Shown: positions 40,501 through 50,338 of the stretch, in pieces
How positions within the stretch are numbered: position 1 is the first letter of the stretch
Layout: each line of letters starts with the position of its first letter
Assembly (NCBI GenBank): GCA_963710375.1
Contig: CAVPZX010000001.1
Coordinates: 32,001 to 96,000, forward strand
DNA from: Nitrospirota bacterium
Lineage (GTDB): Bacteria; Nitrospirota; Thermodesulfovibrionia; Thermodesulfovibrionales; Dissulfurispiraceae
Direction: 5' to 3'
DNA length: 64,000 nt
Translations under genes and position numbers: made by a program
Notes under the pieces: generated by a model
Databases searched by the model: none
The model's input: the letters and a program-made list of their open reading frames with translations, nothing else
Told to the model about the DNA's origin: nothing

Positions 40501-40718
40501 TGGGAATCATATGTTACTCCCCAATGAAGAATCAGGGGACCCTGTATATCGGTAAGCAGAGTTATAATATAGCGTTCCCGGTCCCTGGCAACTACAACTG
40601 CCAATTGTCCTTCTGCAAGCCTATAATGGTGTTCATAAGCTATTATTTTATCAACTGCTTCTCTTTTGAGCTGTTCGATGAAAGATAGGGCAGATCCGCT
40701 ATTTTCAGAATGTTCTAT
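37559..40718 (-). CDS. Alpha-glucan,water dikinase (GWD1/R1)-like protein with N-terminal CBM45-like domain; one frameshift near 38340
   Basis: LHWGV..EW..PP..P.GT..AQTPF; WQRNYNTKPREL, QRVRDEIL, EEWHQKLHNNATPDD, phospho-His DVLSHLAVRARN; second frame VWGSKWNERAY, FRSDSNGEDLAGFAGAGLYDS, PQDIEG..VQSRPQ; frame open to ATA at 40718 behind a GAGGGG RBS. Confidence 0.85.
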
Positions 40719-40736
40719 GCTAATCCCCTCTTAGAG

Positions 40737-41024
40737 TTATATTTCTTTAACTTGAAAGACAGATAAGAGCTGAAGTACCTTAAGATGCCTCAGGAGTTTC
40801 TCGTTTTTTACCAAAAGCGAGAGGGCTACATTCCTTTCACGGACAAGCACCAGAAGGAATCCCAGCATGGCTGAACCCAGAAACGTAGAATCCGGAATTA
40901 TCAAGGTGAGGGATTCCAGAGTTCCCAGTCCTGTGACGGCTTTCTTAATCTGCACATAGTCTTCTAGTGTTTGAATCTGACCGCTTATAACGAGTTCCGA
41001 AGGCCCTTTTACTCTGATCTCCAT
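40737..41024 (-). CDS. STAS-like anti-sigma-factor antagonist
   Basis: 95 aa; DSTFLGSAMLGFLL resembles the STAS phospho-Ser motif; AAGGAGG RBS. Confidence 0.7.
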   Translation of the reverse strand: MEIRVKGPSELVISGQIQTLEDYVQIKKAVTGLGTLESLTLIIPDSTFLGSAMLGFLLVLVRERNVALSLLVKNEKLLRHLKVLQLLSVFQVKEI

Positions 41025-41099
41025 TAAAATACCTCCTTAAAATGACTCGATGATACTGCGTAAGACGCTTCGATACCGAATCTCAACGTCAATTCTTCT

Positions 41100-42767
41100 T
41101 CATACGACCTTGAGCAGAATCGCTTCGTTTCCAGCACTATTATAATATATTTCATCCACGAGGGAACGCGCCATCTTCAGTCCTCTACCGTCCACGAATT
41201 CAGGATTGCGAATAGTGTCCCTTAAAATGGTTGTATCGAATCCGGCGCCTTCATCACACACCCGTAACACGGCAAATTCATTGTTGTTATCGACGAGAGC
41301 AGATAAAGTGATGGTTATCCGGGCATGCACATCCCTTTCCTTCGTCATAAGGTATTCTTCGTACTCACCTGCCTTGGCAAGCTTGTTTTTCAGGAGAGAA
41401 CTTATGTTCAGGCTGCCGTGCTCATAGGCGTTCATGATGATCTCTGTATATGCATTGACGAATTCCATGACAAATTCAAAATCGTATCCTGCCGAAGTCA
41501 GAATGCTTTCTACGTCCAGTATTGACCGATTCACTTCCTCAAATAAGGCATTTATACTAAACGATTTCTCCCAGAGAGTATCTCCCTCGAGCTTCCTGAG
41601 AAAAAACATAGTAAGATCATCCTGCATATCACTCATTCTCTCCGAGAACCGGTCGTAGAACATATGGATGAACGAGGAGGAAACAAAATCTCCATCGAGA
41701 TATTCGTCATAAAGCGGGTCAATCAACCCGTCGCTGCATATAAGTATTTTCCTGGTCCGGTGCAATGAGAATTGTTGAACCTCCAGTTCATTAGTACATT
41801 TCATAATCGGCATATTATTACCATGCAGTTTTAGCACGGTGTCGTTGTTCTCCTGGAGATAAAGGGGGGGCATGGAAAAGAGTGCAAAATCCATTATTTC
41901 GTTCTTGAGATCCAGGAGAACAAAAGATGCCGATAAAGATTCATGCTCGTGAAGGTCATTTCGGATAAATTGCTGGAAGCCGCTGACAAACAGAGGAAAG
42001 TCGAACTTGCCCATCATTTTTTCTTTATCAATAAGATAGTTGGCAAAGGTACTGGCATGGTGAGTTGTAAACGATGCGGACAAGCCCTTGCCCATTGCAT
42101 CAATAATGAAAAGAAGAACCTTATCGTCATTCACGGTCCGAACAGAATAACAATCGCCGGAGAGGACATCCTTTGGTACGTAACGGACGTTGAGGAGCCA
42201 CTCTGTTTTCTCCCCATTTTGAGCGGCTACCTCGATTTTTTTGTAATAAAAGTCATTCTTGATAATGCTCAATTGTCTTTCAAATGACAATCTCTCCTCT
42301 AGTGACCGATGGCGATCTTTTTGCTTCATGATGGTCAGCCCATTTTCGAGCAGTTTCTGACGTTCCACGATAATGCGTTGAAGTGCTATCTCAAACGCAT
42401 CAAATAATTTGTCCGTCTTTAATGGTTTAACGATAAACTGTGTGACCCCGATATTTATTGCATCGAAAATTATCGGGTCATCGGCAGGAGAGACAATAAA
42501 AATGACCGGAATCTTCTTGTTTGTTTTTCTGATTTCTTTTAGCATATCCAATCCGCTCAGGGTGGGTAGTTCATTATCTATGATAACTATATCGACAGGG
42601 CCTTGGTGGAACTTTTCGAGTGCCGCTTCGGCCCGTTCCTCGATGACCATTCTCTTGAATAGACTGGAAACGATACTGTTGAAGACGCCTTTTATTGTCG
42701 CATCGTTCGAAACCCCGATGATGGAGAGGAGCTTGGTGATTTTTCTTACGTCGTCAAAACCATTCAT
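41100..42767 (-). CDS. REC + SpoIIE/PP2C phosphatase + HATPase (anti-sigma kinase) fusion, HsbR-like
   Basis: DIVIID..P..SG receiver; LSGDCY, DAMGKG, SDGL, DDLT PP2C; EIIMNAYEHG, DEGAGF, GRGL HATPase. Confidence 0.85.
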   Translation of the reverse strand: MNGFDDVRKITKLLSIIGVSNDATIKGVFNSIVSSLFKRMVIEERAEAALEKFHQGPVDIVIIDNELPTLSGLDMLKEIRKTNKKIPVIFIVSPADDPIIFDAINIGVTQFIVKPLKTDKLFDAFEIALQRIIVERQKLLENGLTIMKQKDRHRSLEERLSFERQLSIIKNDFYYKKIEVAAQNGEKTEWLLNVRYVPKDVLSGDCYSVRTVNDDKVLLFIIDAMGKGLSASFTTHHASTFANYLIDKEKMMGKFDFPLFVSGFQQFIRNDLHEHESLSASFVLLDLKNEIMDFALFSMPPLYLQENNDTVLKLHGNNMPIMKCTNELEVQQFSLHRTRKILICSDGLIDPLYDEYLDGDFVSSSFIHMFYDRFSERMSDMQDDLTMFFLRKLEGDTLWEKSFSINALFEEVNRSILDVESILTSAGYDFEFVMEFVNAYTEIIMNAYEHGSLNISSLLKNKLAKAGEYEEYLMTKERDVHARITITLSALVDNNNEFAVLRVCDEGAGFDTTILRDTIRNPEFVDGRGLKMARSLVDEIYYNSAGNEAILLKVV

Positions 42768-43656
42768 TGTTCTCAATTATTTCGAGGGCTTCCTCTTCTA
42801 AAATCCCGATGTCCACGGGGTTCAAATGGAGTTCCTCAAGGGTTATTTTATGATGATAGGGCCATTCTGCTTCATCCTGGTGGAACTTATAGTTTTCGGG
42901 ATCGCAGGCCTGACAGATGAATTCCGAGAGGAAAAGAATGGCGGTCAAATGTTTTTGGTTGGTATCTTTCAGTGCATACATGGATGTATCGTGGTGGTTC
43001 AGGATAACTGTAAGTATCGTATCCGATAGCCCCCATGACTTAGCCATCAGATAACTCATAATGCAATGGTTGGTATGGTAACGGCTCGTTTCAAAGCCGA
43101 TGACCGATTCGAAATTGTCGGGGATTGCTTCCAAGGGCGTTGACGGCATAGCATAATCCGCCATTTTTGCATAACTCGTGTATTTTTTCATTAAAAGGGG
43201 AATACCGCAATCATGAAAAAGGCCGATTACATATGCTTCTTCTTCGAAAGCTAGTTTGAGTTTATGGGCAAAATGAATGCAGATGGCAGCCACGGTAGAT
43301 GAATGCCGCCTGAATTTGTCCAGGATTTGGTTGGCGCCGCCTCCGATGGCATTAAACAGAGATGATGTCAGCACGAGCGAATAGAAGTTGCGGAGACCCA
43401 GGATGTCGAGAGCGTGATGTATAGAGTCTGTTTTCATACCGCCAAAAAAAGGAGAGTTTGCAATTTTCAGGATCGCTGCCGAAAGTGCCACATCTTTACT
43501 AACTGAATCTGCAACCCTGCTGAAATCAGGGCCTGATTTTGACAACTCGTTTCGTATATCGATGAGGGCGTTAGGCAGAGGAGGGATACCGACCTGTCGT
43601 ACGATCTCCTCCGCCTTCCTGATAGTGTCATGAATATTGAAGTTACCCTGCGCCAT
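42754..43656 (-). CDS. HDOD domain protein
   Basis: IPPLP, D.ALSAAILKIANSPFF, LGL, GLFHDCG, NHC..SYLMAKSWGL, HH. Confidence 0.88.
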   Translation of the reverse strand: MAQGNFNIHDTIRKAEEIVRQVGIPPLPNALIDIRNELSKSGPDFSRVADSVSKDVALSAAILKIANSPFFGGMKTDSIHHALDILGLRNFYSLVLTSSLFNAIGGGANQILDKFRRHSSTVAAICIHFAHKLKLAFEEEAYVIGLFHDCGIPLLMKKYTSYAKMADYAMPSTPLEAIPDNFESVIGFETSRYHTNHCIMSYLMAKSWGLSDTILTVILNHHDTSMYALKDTNQKHLTAILFLSEFICQACDPENYKFHQDEAEWPYHHKITLEELHLNPVDIGILEEEALEIIENNEWF

Positions 43657-43724
43657 AACAGCTGTTAACGATACTCCTTCTTCACTAAGTACTGGTCGGT
43701 TTTTACGATGTCGGGAACCATTGT

Positions 43725-45361
43725 TCAGCTCAACGTGAACGCAGAAGTTTTGTCTCTCAGTTTTTCCAGCAGCATGACCAGATTATCCGTTTCATTGCCT
43801 ATCGCCTTCACCATATCCTCTACATTCTTCGACACTGACAACGTTTTGTCGATATTGATAGATACGTCAAGAGACCCGATGGTATGCTCGTTCACAGACT
43901 GCGGTTATCTTGTTTATCTGAGCATGCGCCTCGTTTATCGCAGCGACTATCAATCCCAGGTTGTCACCTACTTCGCTGATTTGCTGTGTCGCGCTCGTTA
44001 CTTCCTCTGATGCCTTCTCCATGGATACAGTTGTTGTTTTCGTTTCGGCCTGAACAGCGTTTATCTTCTCGGTTATCTCGGCCGTAGCTTTAATTGTGCG
44101 CTCTGCAAGCTTGCGCACTTCATCGGCAACAACGGCAAAACCCCTCCCTTGCTCACCTGCGCGGGCAGCCTCGATTGCAGCGTTGAGGGCCAGAAGGTTT
44201 GTCTGGTCGGCGATATCCTTAATGACCGTTGCGATATCCCCTATTTCCACTACTTTATTGCTGAGGCTTCCCACGGCCCCGGAAAGTTCGAGGTTCGTAT
44301 CATGGACCTTCTTAATTGTCTGGATCGCACTATCGGACACCTCAGCTCCCCTTTCTAGCGATTTTCATTGCAGACTGGGAGCCGGCGTTTGCAGTAGTAG
44401 AGTTTTCGCTGACATTGATAATAGTTTTCATCATTTTGTCAGCCGAAGTGGATATCGTGCCTACCTGTTGAAACTGGACAATTGTTTCAGCCTTTGAACT
44501 TTCAATTTTGACCTTCATGATATCAATAGCAGCCATAACATCATGCATCACTTCGAAAATAGATTGAATGATGGCGTTCAATGACCCCACAACTTTATTT
44601 ATACTTTTTGAGAGTTGTCCAATTTCATCATTGTTTGCATAATCGATTGATACCCTCAAATCGCCATTAGCGAGGGTTTCCACTTCTGAAACCATGCGTG
44701 ACAACGGTTTAGTTATGCTGCGGGAGAACAACCAGCCTGCAGTGGCCATTAGTGCCATGACCAGACTCGTAAATATTGCAACTTTCCAGGCAATTCCCCT
44801 GAACTCCGTGGACACATCATCCAGGTAAACGCCGGTCCCTATTATCCATCCCCATGGTTCAAATCCCATGACATAAGATATTTTCTGGACAGGATCTTTG
44901 AAATCGGGTTTTGGCCATAAGTAATCGACAAAACCGGCTTTATTTTTTTCCACCGTCTCAACAAATTCGACGAAAAGCTTTTTGCCTTCCGGATCCTTGA
45001 AATCGGAGAGATCTTTGCCGTCAAGTTCAGGCTTATAAGGATGCATCACCATTCTGGGCTGCATATCGGTTATAAAGAAATATTCCTTTGAATCATATCT
45101 CAACGATTTGAGAACTGTAATAGCAGTTGTCTTGGCATCTTGCTCCGAAATATTTCCTGTTTTTGAAAGGTTATAGAAATGTTCAAGGACGCTATAGCCC
45201 GTTTCGACGATCTGTCGTGTTTTTACGCGTTTTTCATTAAGCATCGTGCTATGAATAACGTTAAGCAGTCCCCCTATTATGATTCCCATACCTAACAACG
45301 CAATAACGACTATAATCCACAGTTTGAGTTTCAGTGTCAGGCTTTGTGTTAATTTCCCCAT
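43725..45361 (-). CDS. Methyl-accepting chemotaxis protein (single Cache sensor, HAMP); two frameshifts near 44350 and 43898
   Basis: TM-Cache ([31 protein letters not shown])-[44 protein letters not shown]; third frame SVNEHTIGS...TSAFTLS*. Confidence 0.85.
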
Positions 45362-45517
45362 AAGTCTCCCTCCGTTTTCCGTCACATTGCTACAAAAAGA
45401 AAAAAGTTTTGGCTGATATCAAATATACTCTCAGCATATTCATATTGAGACTGCAGTGCCCGAATTGATACAATTTTTTCCGTAGTTGCATGTCTGAATT
45501 CTTTATTGACTTACAGT

Positions 45518-45634
45518 TAAGCAAGGACTATGCCAGACGAGGTAATACATAATCTTCTTGATTTATTGGGATTTCTGAGTAATGTTATACAGGATGGACA
45601 TGAATTAATTCCAATGCCCATGGAAAAAATACAT
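45518..45634 (-). repeat. Copy 1 of duplicated ~115-bp regulatory cassette (copy 2 at 60921-61036)
   Basis: Aligns nearly gap-free with 60921-61036; identical 22-mer AATCCCAATAAATCAAGAAGAT at 45552-45573 (minus) and 60981-61002 (plus). Confidence 0.85.
45520..45535 (-). promoter_or_regulatory. Sigma54 -24/-12 promoter of the MCP-HDOD operon
   Basis: Minus strand TGGCATAGTCCTTGCT, GG-N10-GC spacing. Confidence 0.75.
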
Positions 45635-45673
45635 ATAAGATATATCCATACACTCCGGCACCGGGCGTGTTTT

Positions 45674-47182
45674 TTATGTAACGCTTTTACTCTCGTTAAT
45701 ACGGAAGTGATCTTCGAATACCTTCCTGAAATGGAATCCGTATATTGAAAACGTTATGGCCAGGGGGAAGAGTTTAGGACGCCTGAAGAGGGACCAGAAG
45801 AAGATCCTCCAGTAGTAGAAACGCTCTTTCCCGATTATCCCCAGTACGAAAGCAGACTTGAATCCCGCCTTCAAGTAGCTGTACCGCATGTGGATTACGT
45901 TTTTCTGAACCGGCCTGTACTCACGCAGAAACTTCTTGACCCTGGCATGGTAATGTTTCGGGGAATAAATGGTATCGATGATTTTTTTATAACCGATGAG
46001 GAGATTATCATAGTTCATTCTAGGAATGAAGTTCATGGAAAGGTCTGTGTTGTCTCCGGTCACTGTCTTTAATAACCTGTTTTCTCTGACAAGCCGGTCA
46101 TAGAGCTTTGTCCCCTTTGGCGCGTTAAGGAGTCCCACCATCGCTGTTACAATACCGCTGTCCTGGATGAACCTTATCATTCTCTCGAATATCGATGCAG
46201 GGTCTTTGTCAAAGCCGACGATAAACCCTGCCTGGACTTCAAGCCCGAAGCTTTGAAGCTTCCTGACACTTGCTATAAGGTCCCGGTTCTTATTTGGTAT
46301 CTTGGTGCATTCCAGCAGGCTTTCTTCGTGAGGAGACTCGATGCCCACAAATACAGTGCTGAACTCAGCGCGGGCCATCATTCTCATGAGGTCCTCGTCG
46401 TCAGCAAGATTGATGGAAGCCTCAGTCGAGAGGTTAAACGGATGTTTTTTAGTGTCCATCCACTGGATAATCGAAGGCAGTATCTCCTCCTTCAGCTTCT
46501 TCTTATTGCCTATGAAGTTGTCGTCCACGAAGAATACTCCGCCTCTCCAGCCAAGCGTGTAGAGTTTCTCCAATTCCCCTATTACCTGCTGACTGCTTTT
46601 TGTCCTGGGGACCCTGCCGTAGAGTGATGTGATGTTACAGAATTCGCACTCGAAAGGACAGCCCCTTGAATACTGGATATTCATGGAGGCGTAGTGCTTC
46701 GGGTTTATCAGCTCCCAGAGGGGGATAGGGGTGGTTGTAATGTCAGCCCATTCATCGGATGCGTATATATGCCGGGGTTGTCCGGCTTTTATATCGTTTA
46801 AAAATAGCGGAAGCGTTATCTCAGCCTCGTTCAGCACCAGATGATCGACATCGGCAAAATCTTCGTATTCATTTGTAAAAAGCGGACCTCCGGCTACTAC
46901 TTCAACACCGATGGACCTGCATCGCTGGATTAAGTTTTTTACCGATTCCTTCTGCACAGACATTGCGCTCAAAAAAACATAATCCGCCCACATAAGATCT
47001 TTGTCTTCCAGTTTTCGCACATTCATATCCACGAGCCGCTTCTCCCATTCAGGAGGAAGCATTGCAGCGATTGTCAGTAACCCCAGGGGAGGATGGACAG
47101 CCTTTTTTGAGATGAATTTAAGGGCATAGGAAAAACTCCAGAACGTATCAGGGTATTCCGGATATACCAGGAGCACTTTCAA
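45674..47182 (-). CDS. B12-binding radical SAM protein (DUF4070 C-terminus)
   Basis: KVLLVYP..PDTFWSF, PPLGL, SRGCPFECEFC (CxxxCxxC), FVDDNF, GFIVGFD; TTG start after AAGGAG. Confidence 0.9.
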   Translation of the reverse strand: MKVLLVYPEYPDTFWSFSYALKFISKKAVHPPLGLLTIAAMLPPEWEKRLVDMNVRKLEDKDLMWADYVFLSAMSVQKESVKNLIQRCRSIGVEVVAGGPLFTNEYEDFADVDHLVLNEAEITLPLFLNDIKAGQPRHIYASDEWADITTTPIPLWELINPKHYASMNIQYSRGCPFECEFCNITSLYGRVPRTKSSQQVIGELEKLYTLGWRGGVFFVDDNFIGNKKKLKEEILPSIIQWMDTKKHPFNLSTEASINLADDEDLMRMMARAEFSTVFVGIESPHEESLLECTKIPNKNRDLIASVRKLQSFGLEVQAGFIVGFDKDPASIFERMIRFIQDSGIVTAMVGLLNAPKGTKLYDRLVRENRLLKTVTGDNTDLSMNFIPRMNYDNLLIGYKKIIDTIYSPKHYHARVKKFLREYRPVQKNVIHMRYSYLKAGFKSAFVLGIIGKERFYYWRIFFWSLFRRPKLFPLAITFSIYGFHFRKVFEDHFRINESKSVT

Positions 47183-47292
47183 GTGGAACTCCTTATGTGC
47201 ACGAGAAAAGGTTATTAAAGGCTGAGAAAATGCCAAATTGCATTACTTTTGTATACTAGCATAATTAGGATAGGTTTATAAACTATCGGAAG

Positions 47293-47468
47293 GCAGGAGG
47301 AGTGGAGCACTTGTTTTTCGTCGCGCTGAAACTACCTTTGTCGGCAAATCCCAATGTTTCCATAGCAGCGATCCCCTAATCGGTTCTCAGGTGGGGCTCG
47401 GCGTTACTCGCCCCTTCTACAGTAGACCCGTGCATCGCGTCGAAAAACAAGTGCTGCACTCCTCCTGC
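47293..47468. mobile_element. MITE-like element with 33-bp terminal inverted repeats
   Basis: GCAGGGAGAGTGGAGCACTTGTTTTTCGTCGCG vs reverse complement of 47436-47468 GCAGGAGGAGTGCAGCACTTGTTTTTCGACGCG (4 mismatches). Confidence 0.6.
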
Positions 47469-47480
47469 TATTTAATTATA

Positions 47481-49809
47481 TCAGTCCACATTCGCTTCTG
47501 GTGGAGGGGCTTTTTCCACTTTCGCAGGAGCTTCGCTGTATGTAGTCGGCTGCGTGCCTTCTTTGAAAAACTCATATATCTTCGGAGTCTCAGTGTGCTG
47601 CAGCAACCCTAGTATTGTAGTAGGCTCATCGTGTACCAGAAGGCCGGTGGCAGGGTTAACGGGAAGCCTCACGATGCCTTCAGGAACGGTGAAATCCTCA
47701 ACAGGGTCGCCTGCAAGAGCGTCCCTCATGAAGTTTGCCCATATCGGAGCGGCTGCCCTTCCGCCGACCTCACCCCTGCCAAGAGATTTTCTCATATCGT
47801 CAAAACCGACCCATACACATCCCACCAACTGCGGCGTGTACCCGGCAAACCATGCGTCCTTGTAATCGTTACTGGTACCAGTCTTGCCGGCAGTCTGACC
47901 GTCCGATATTTGCCCTCATGCCAGTGCCGTAGCTTATAACGTCCTCCATCATTGAGGTAATTAGAAACGCTGTCTGGGGAGAGATGCTCTCGACACCTTC
48001 AGGCTCATTGCTCTCAAGTACGTTTCCCTGCGCATCCGTGACGTATTTAATTGCGATCGGCTTCATTTTTTCCCCACCATTGGCGAACGTGGCATAAGTA
48101 TATGCCAGTTCCATAGGAGTGACGCTTATTGAACCGAGCGCTATCGTGAGTTCACGGGGCATGTTAGTGTCTATGCCCACGTCTCGTGCAACGGCCATTA
48201 CCTTATCAATGCCTACCGCCTCTACAAGCTTCACGGTTACAACGTTTCTCGAATAGGCGAGAGCCTCCCGCAGTCTGGTAGGACCGTTAAATTTACGGTC
48301 ATAGTTCTCCGGCCGCCACTCTCCGGCAGGTCCTCCGGGATATGAGACCGGCGCGTCGTTGATAATGCTTGCCGGTGTGAAATTGTTCTCCAGCGCAGCG
48401 GCATATATTATAGGTTTAAAGGCAGAACCGGGCTGCCTCTCTGCATTCAGCGCGCGGTTGTACTCGCTTCTGGTGAAACTATAGCCACCCACGATTGCTC
48501 TCACATATCCTGTTTCAGGTTCAACCGCCACTAACGCGCCTTCAATGTCGGGCTCCTGCTCAAGGCTGAATGTGACATTTTTATTTGCAATGCTCCTGAA
48601 TTTCACCCATATTATATCGCCGCGATGGAGGATATCCGTAAGTCTGAAAGCCTTTGCCGATTCAGGCTTCTTCAGGCCTTTGCCGGCGCTATTAAGGGCC
48701 CATAATGCATCACCGAGCAGCAGTTTGCCGGTAAGCCCACGTGCCTTAACAACCGCTTCCCTCGGGCCGACCGACATCACGACCCCTGTCGATATATCTC
48801 CCGCCGATGCGGTAAAAGAGACCTTGTGTTCTTTCGTATCCTCTTTTACCAGATCTTTGTGGCCGATTGGACCCCTCCAGCCGCGCCGTTTATCAACCTC
48901 ACGCAAACCCTCCTGAAGCGCCCGCTGTGCATACATCTGATCGCTTTTGCTGAGCGTTGTATACGCCTTCAGGCCGCCTTTGTATACCATTTCAACTCCA
49001 TATTTCTGTTCCAACTGCTGTCTGACATATTCAAGGAAATAATTGTAGGTGTCGGTGTTTGACCTTAATGACGAAAGAGAGGGTAACGCAGCCTTTGCAG
49101 CGGCCCTTTGAGAGGCGGTTATATATCCTGCCTCTTCCATTCTAGCAAGAACGATTTCCTGCCGTTCCTTTGCTTTTACGAGGTCATTGTAAGGAGAGTA
49201 GGTGGAGGGCGCCTTGATAAGACCTGCCAACATAGCTGCCTCGGGTAGCGTCAGTTGCCCTACTGATTTGCCGAAATATACCCGAGATGCCATCTCTATG
49301 CCATAGGCCCCGTGCCCGAAATATACCTTGTTAAGATATATCTCCAGTATCTCCTTTTTTGAAAGCTCCTTTTCGAGTTTCATTGCAAGCTGGGCCTCGC
49401 GGATCTTTCTTGAGATCGTCTTTTCCGGGGAAAGAAACATTATTTTGGCAAGCTGCTGTGTAATAGTGCTGCCGCCTTCTTTCAGACTCGCATGAATAAT
49501 ATCCTGAACCAGGGCGCGGGCAATTCCTATATAGTCAATGCCTTTATGATGCCAGAAGCGGGAGTCCTCGACGGCAACTACAGCATTTTTTACATTGTCG
49601 GGGATTTTTTCAAAAGGTACAAAGATGCCCCTTTCGACTTTCAACTCTCCGATCAGCGAGTCATCATCGGCATATACTTTTGTCCCGTTGGTGGCACGGT
49701 ATTTTTTGAGTTCAGCTATTGAGGGGGTGCCCTGTGCAATGGCGAGATAACCGCCGGCCGCCGAACCGATGACTATAACCAGAATAAACAAGACCAGCTT
49801 GAAGCGCAT
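47481..49809 (-). CDS. mrcA: Penicillin-binding protein 1A (transglycosylase-transpeptidase); frameshift near 47898
   Basis: EDSRF..H.G, GGSTITQQLAK, RKIRE, QPGSAFKP (SxxK), SRN (SxN); AGKTGT and DAWFAGYTP lie in the shifted frame. Confidence 0.88.
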
Positions 49810-49854
49810 TTATTAATTATAAAAGGATGTGATACAATTTTACAACAACGCGTA

Positions 49855-50325
49855 ATGGCAATGCATTTTTTTAAATATATCAGCCCTGTTGGCAACATAT
49901 ATTGTGTTTTCGCGGGCCCTTTTCTGGTCGAGATGGCTATTCGGGAGCGGCCTGTTCACGCCGCCGGTTTGTCTGAGAGTCCCATGCCGCTCAACAACAG
50001 TTTCAAAGCCGAACTGGATGCCTATTTTGCCGGCAGGCAGAAGATATTCAGGCAAAAAATTAAATTTATTGAAGGGACGGCATTCGAGCGTAAGGTGTGG
50101 AGGGCTTTAAGCGGCATACCTTATGGTGAGACCCGTTCATACCGGTGGATTGCCGAATGCGCAGGCAGTCCGAAAGCGGTGAGAGCGGCAGGGCAGGCTC
50201 TTAAGAAGAATCCATTGCCTATAATACTACCCTGCCATAGGGTCATTGCATCTGACGGGTCTCTTGGCGGTTATTCCGGCGGTGTTGAAGTAAAACAATG
50301 GCTGCTCAGGCACGAAAAAAAATAG
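49855..50325 (+). CDS. ogt: Methylated-DNA--protein-cysteine methyltransferase
   Basis: GTAFERKVW, IPYGET.SY, RAAGQA, PCHRV active site. Confidence 0.92.
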   Translation: MAMHFFKYISPVGNIYCVFAGPFLVEMAIRERPVHAAGLSESPMPLNNSFKAELDAYFAGRQKIFRQKIKFIEGTAFERKVWRALSGIPYGETRSYRWIAECAGSPKAVRAAGQALKKNPLPIILPCHRVIASDGSLGGYSGGVEVKQWLLRHEKK

Positions 50326-50338
50326 CGTCGGTATCCAT

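Noticed and set aside
33872..40718. Calling the dikinases PEP synthase, PPDK or rifampicin phosphotransferase
   Set aside because: No pyruvate-binding barrel; domain order (glucan domain, His domain, C-terminal nucleotide domain) and motifs are GWD/PWD-specific
47293..47468. 6S RNA
   Set aside because: Size and end-pairing fit, but the interior forms several small hairpins rather than one rod with a central bubble, and the usual zapA/ygfA context is absent; an Rfam scan would settle it
47869..47900. Programmed ribosomal frameshifting at the split genes
   Set aside because: No slippery heptamer or stimulatory structure seen at the sites; scattered indels fit sequencing error better
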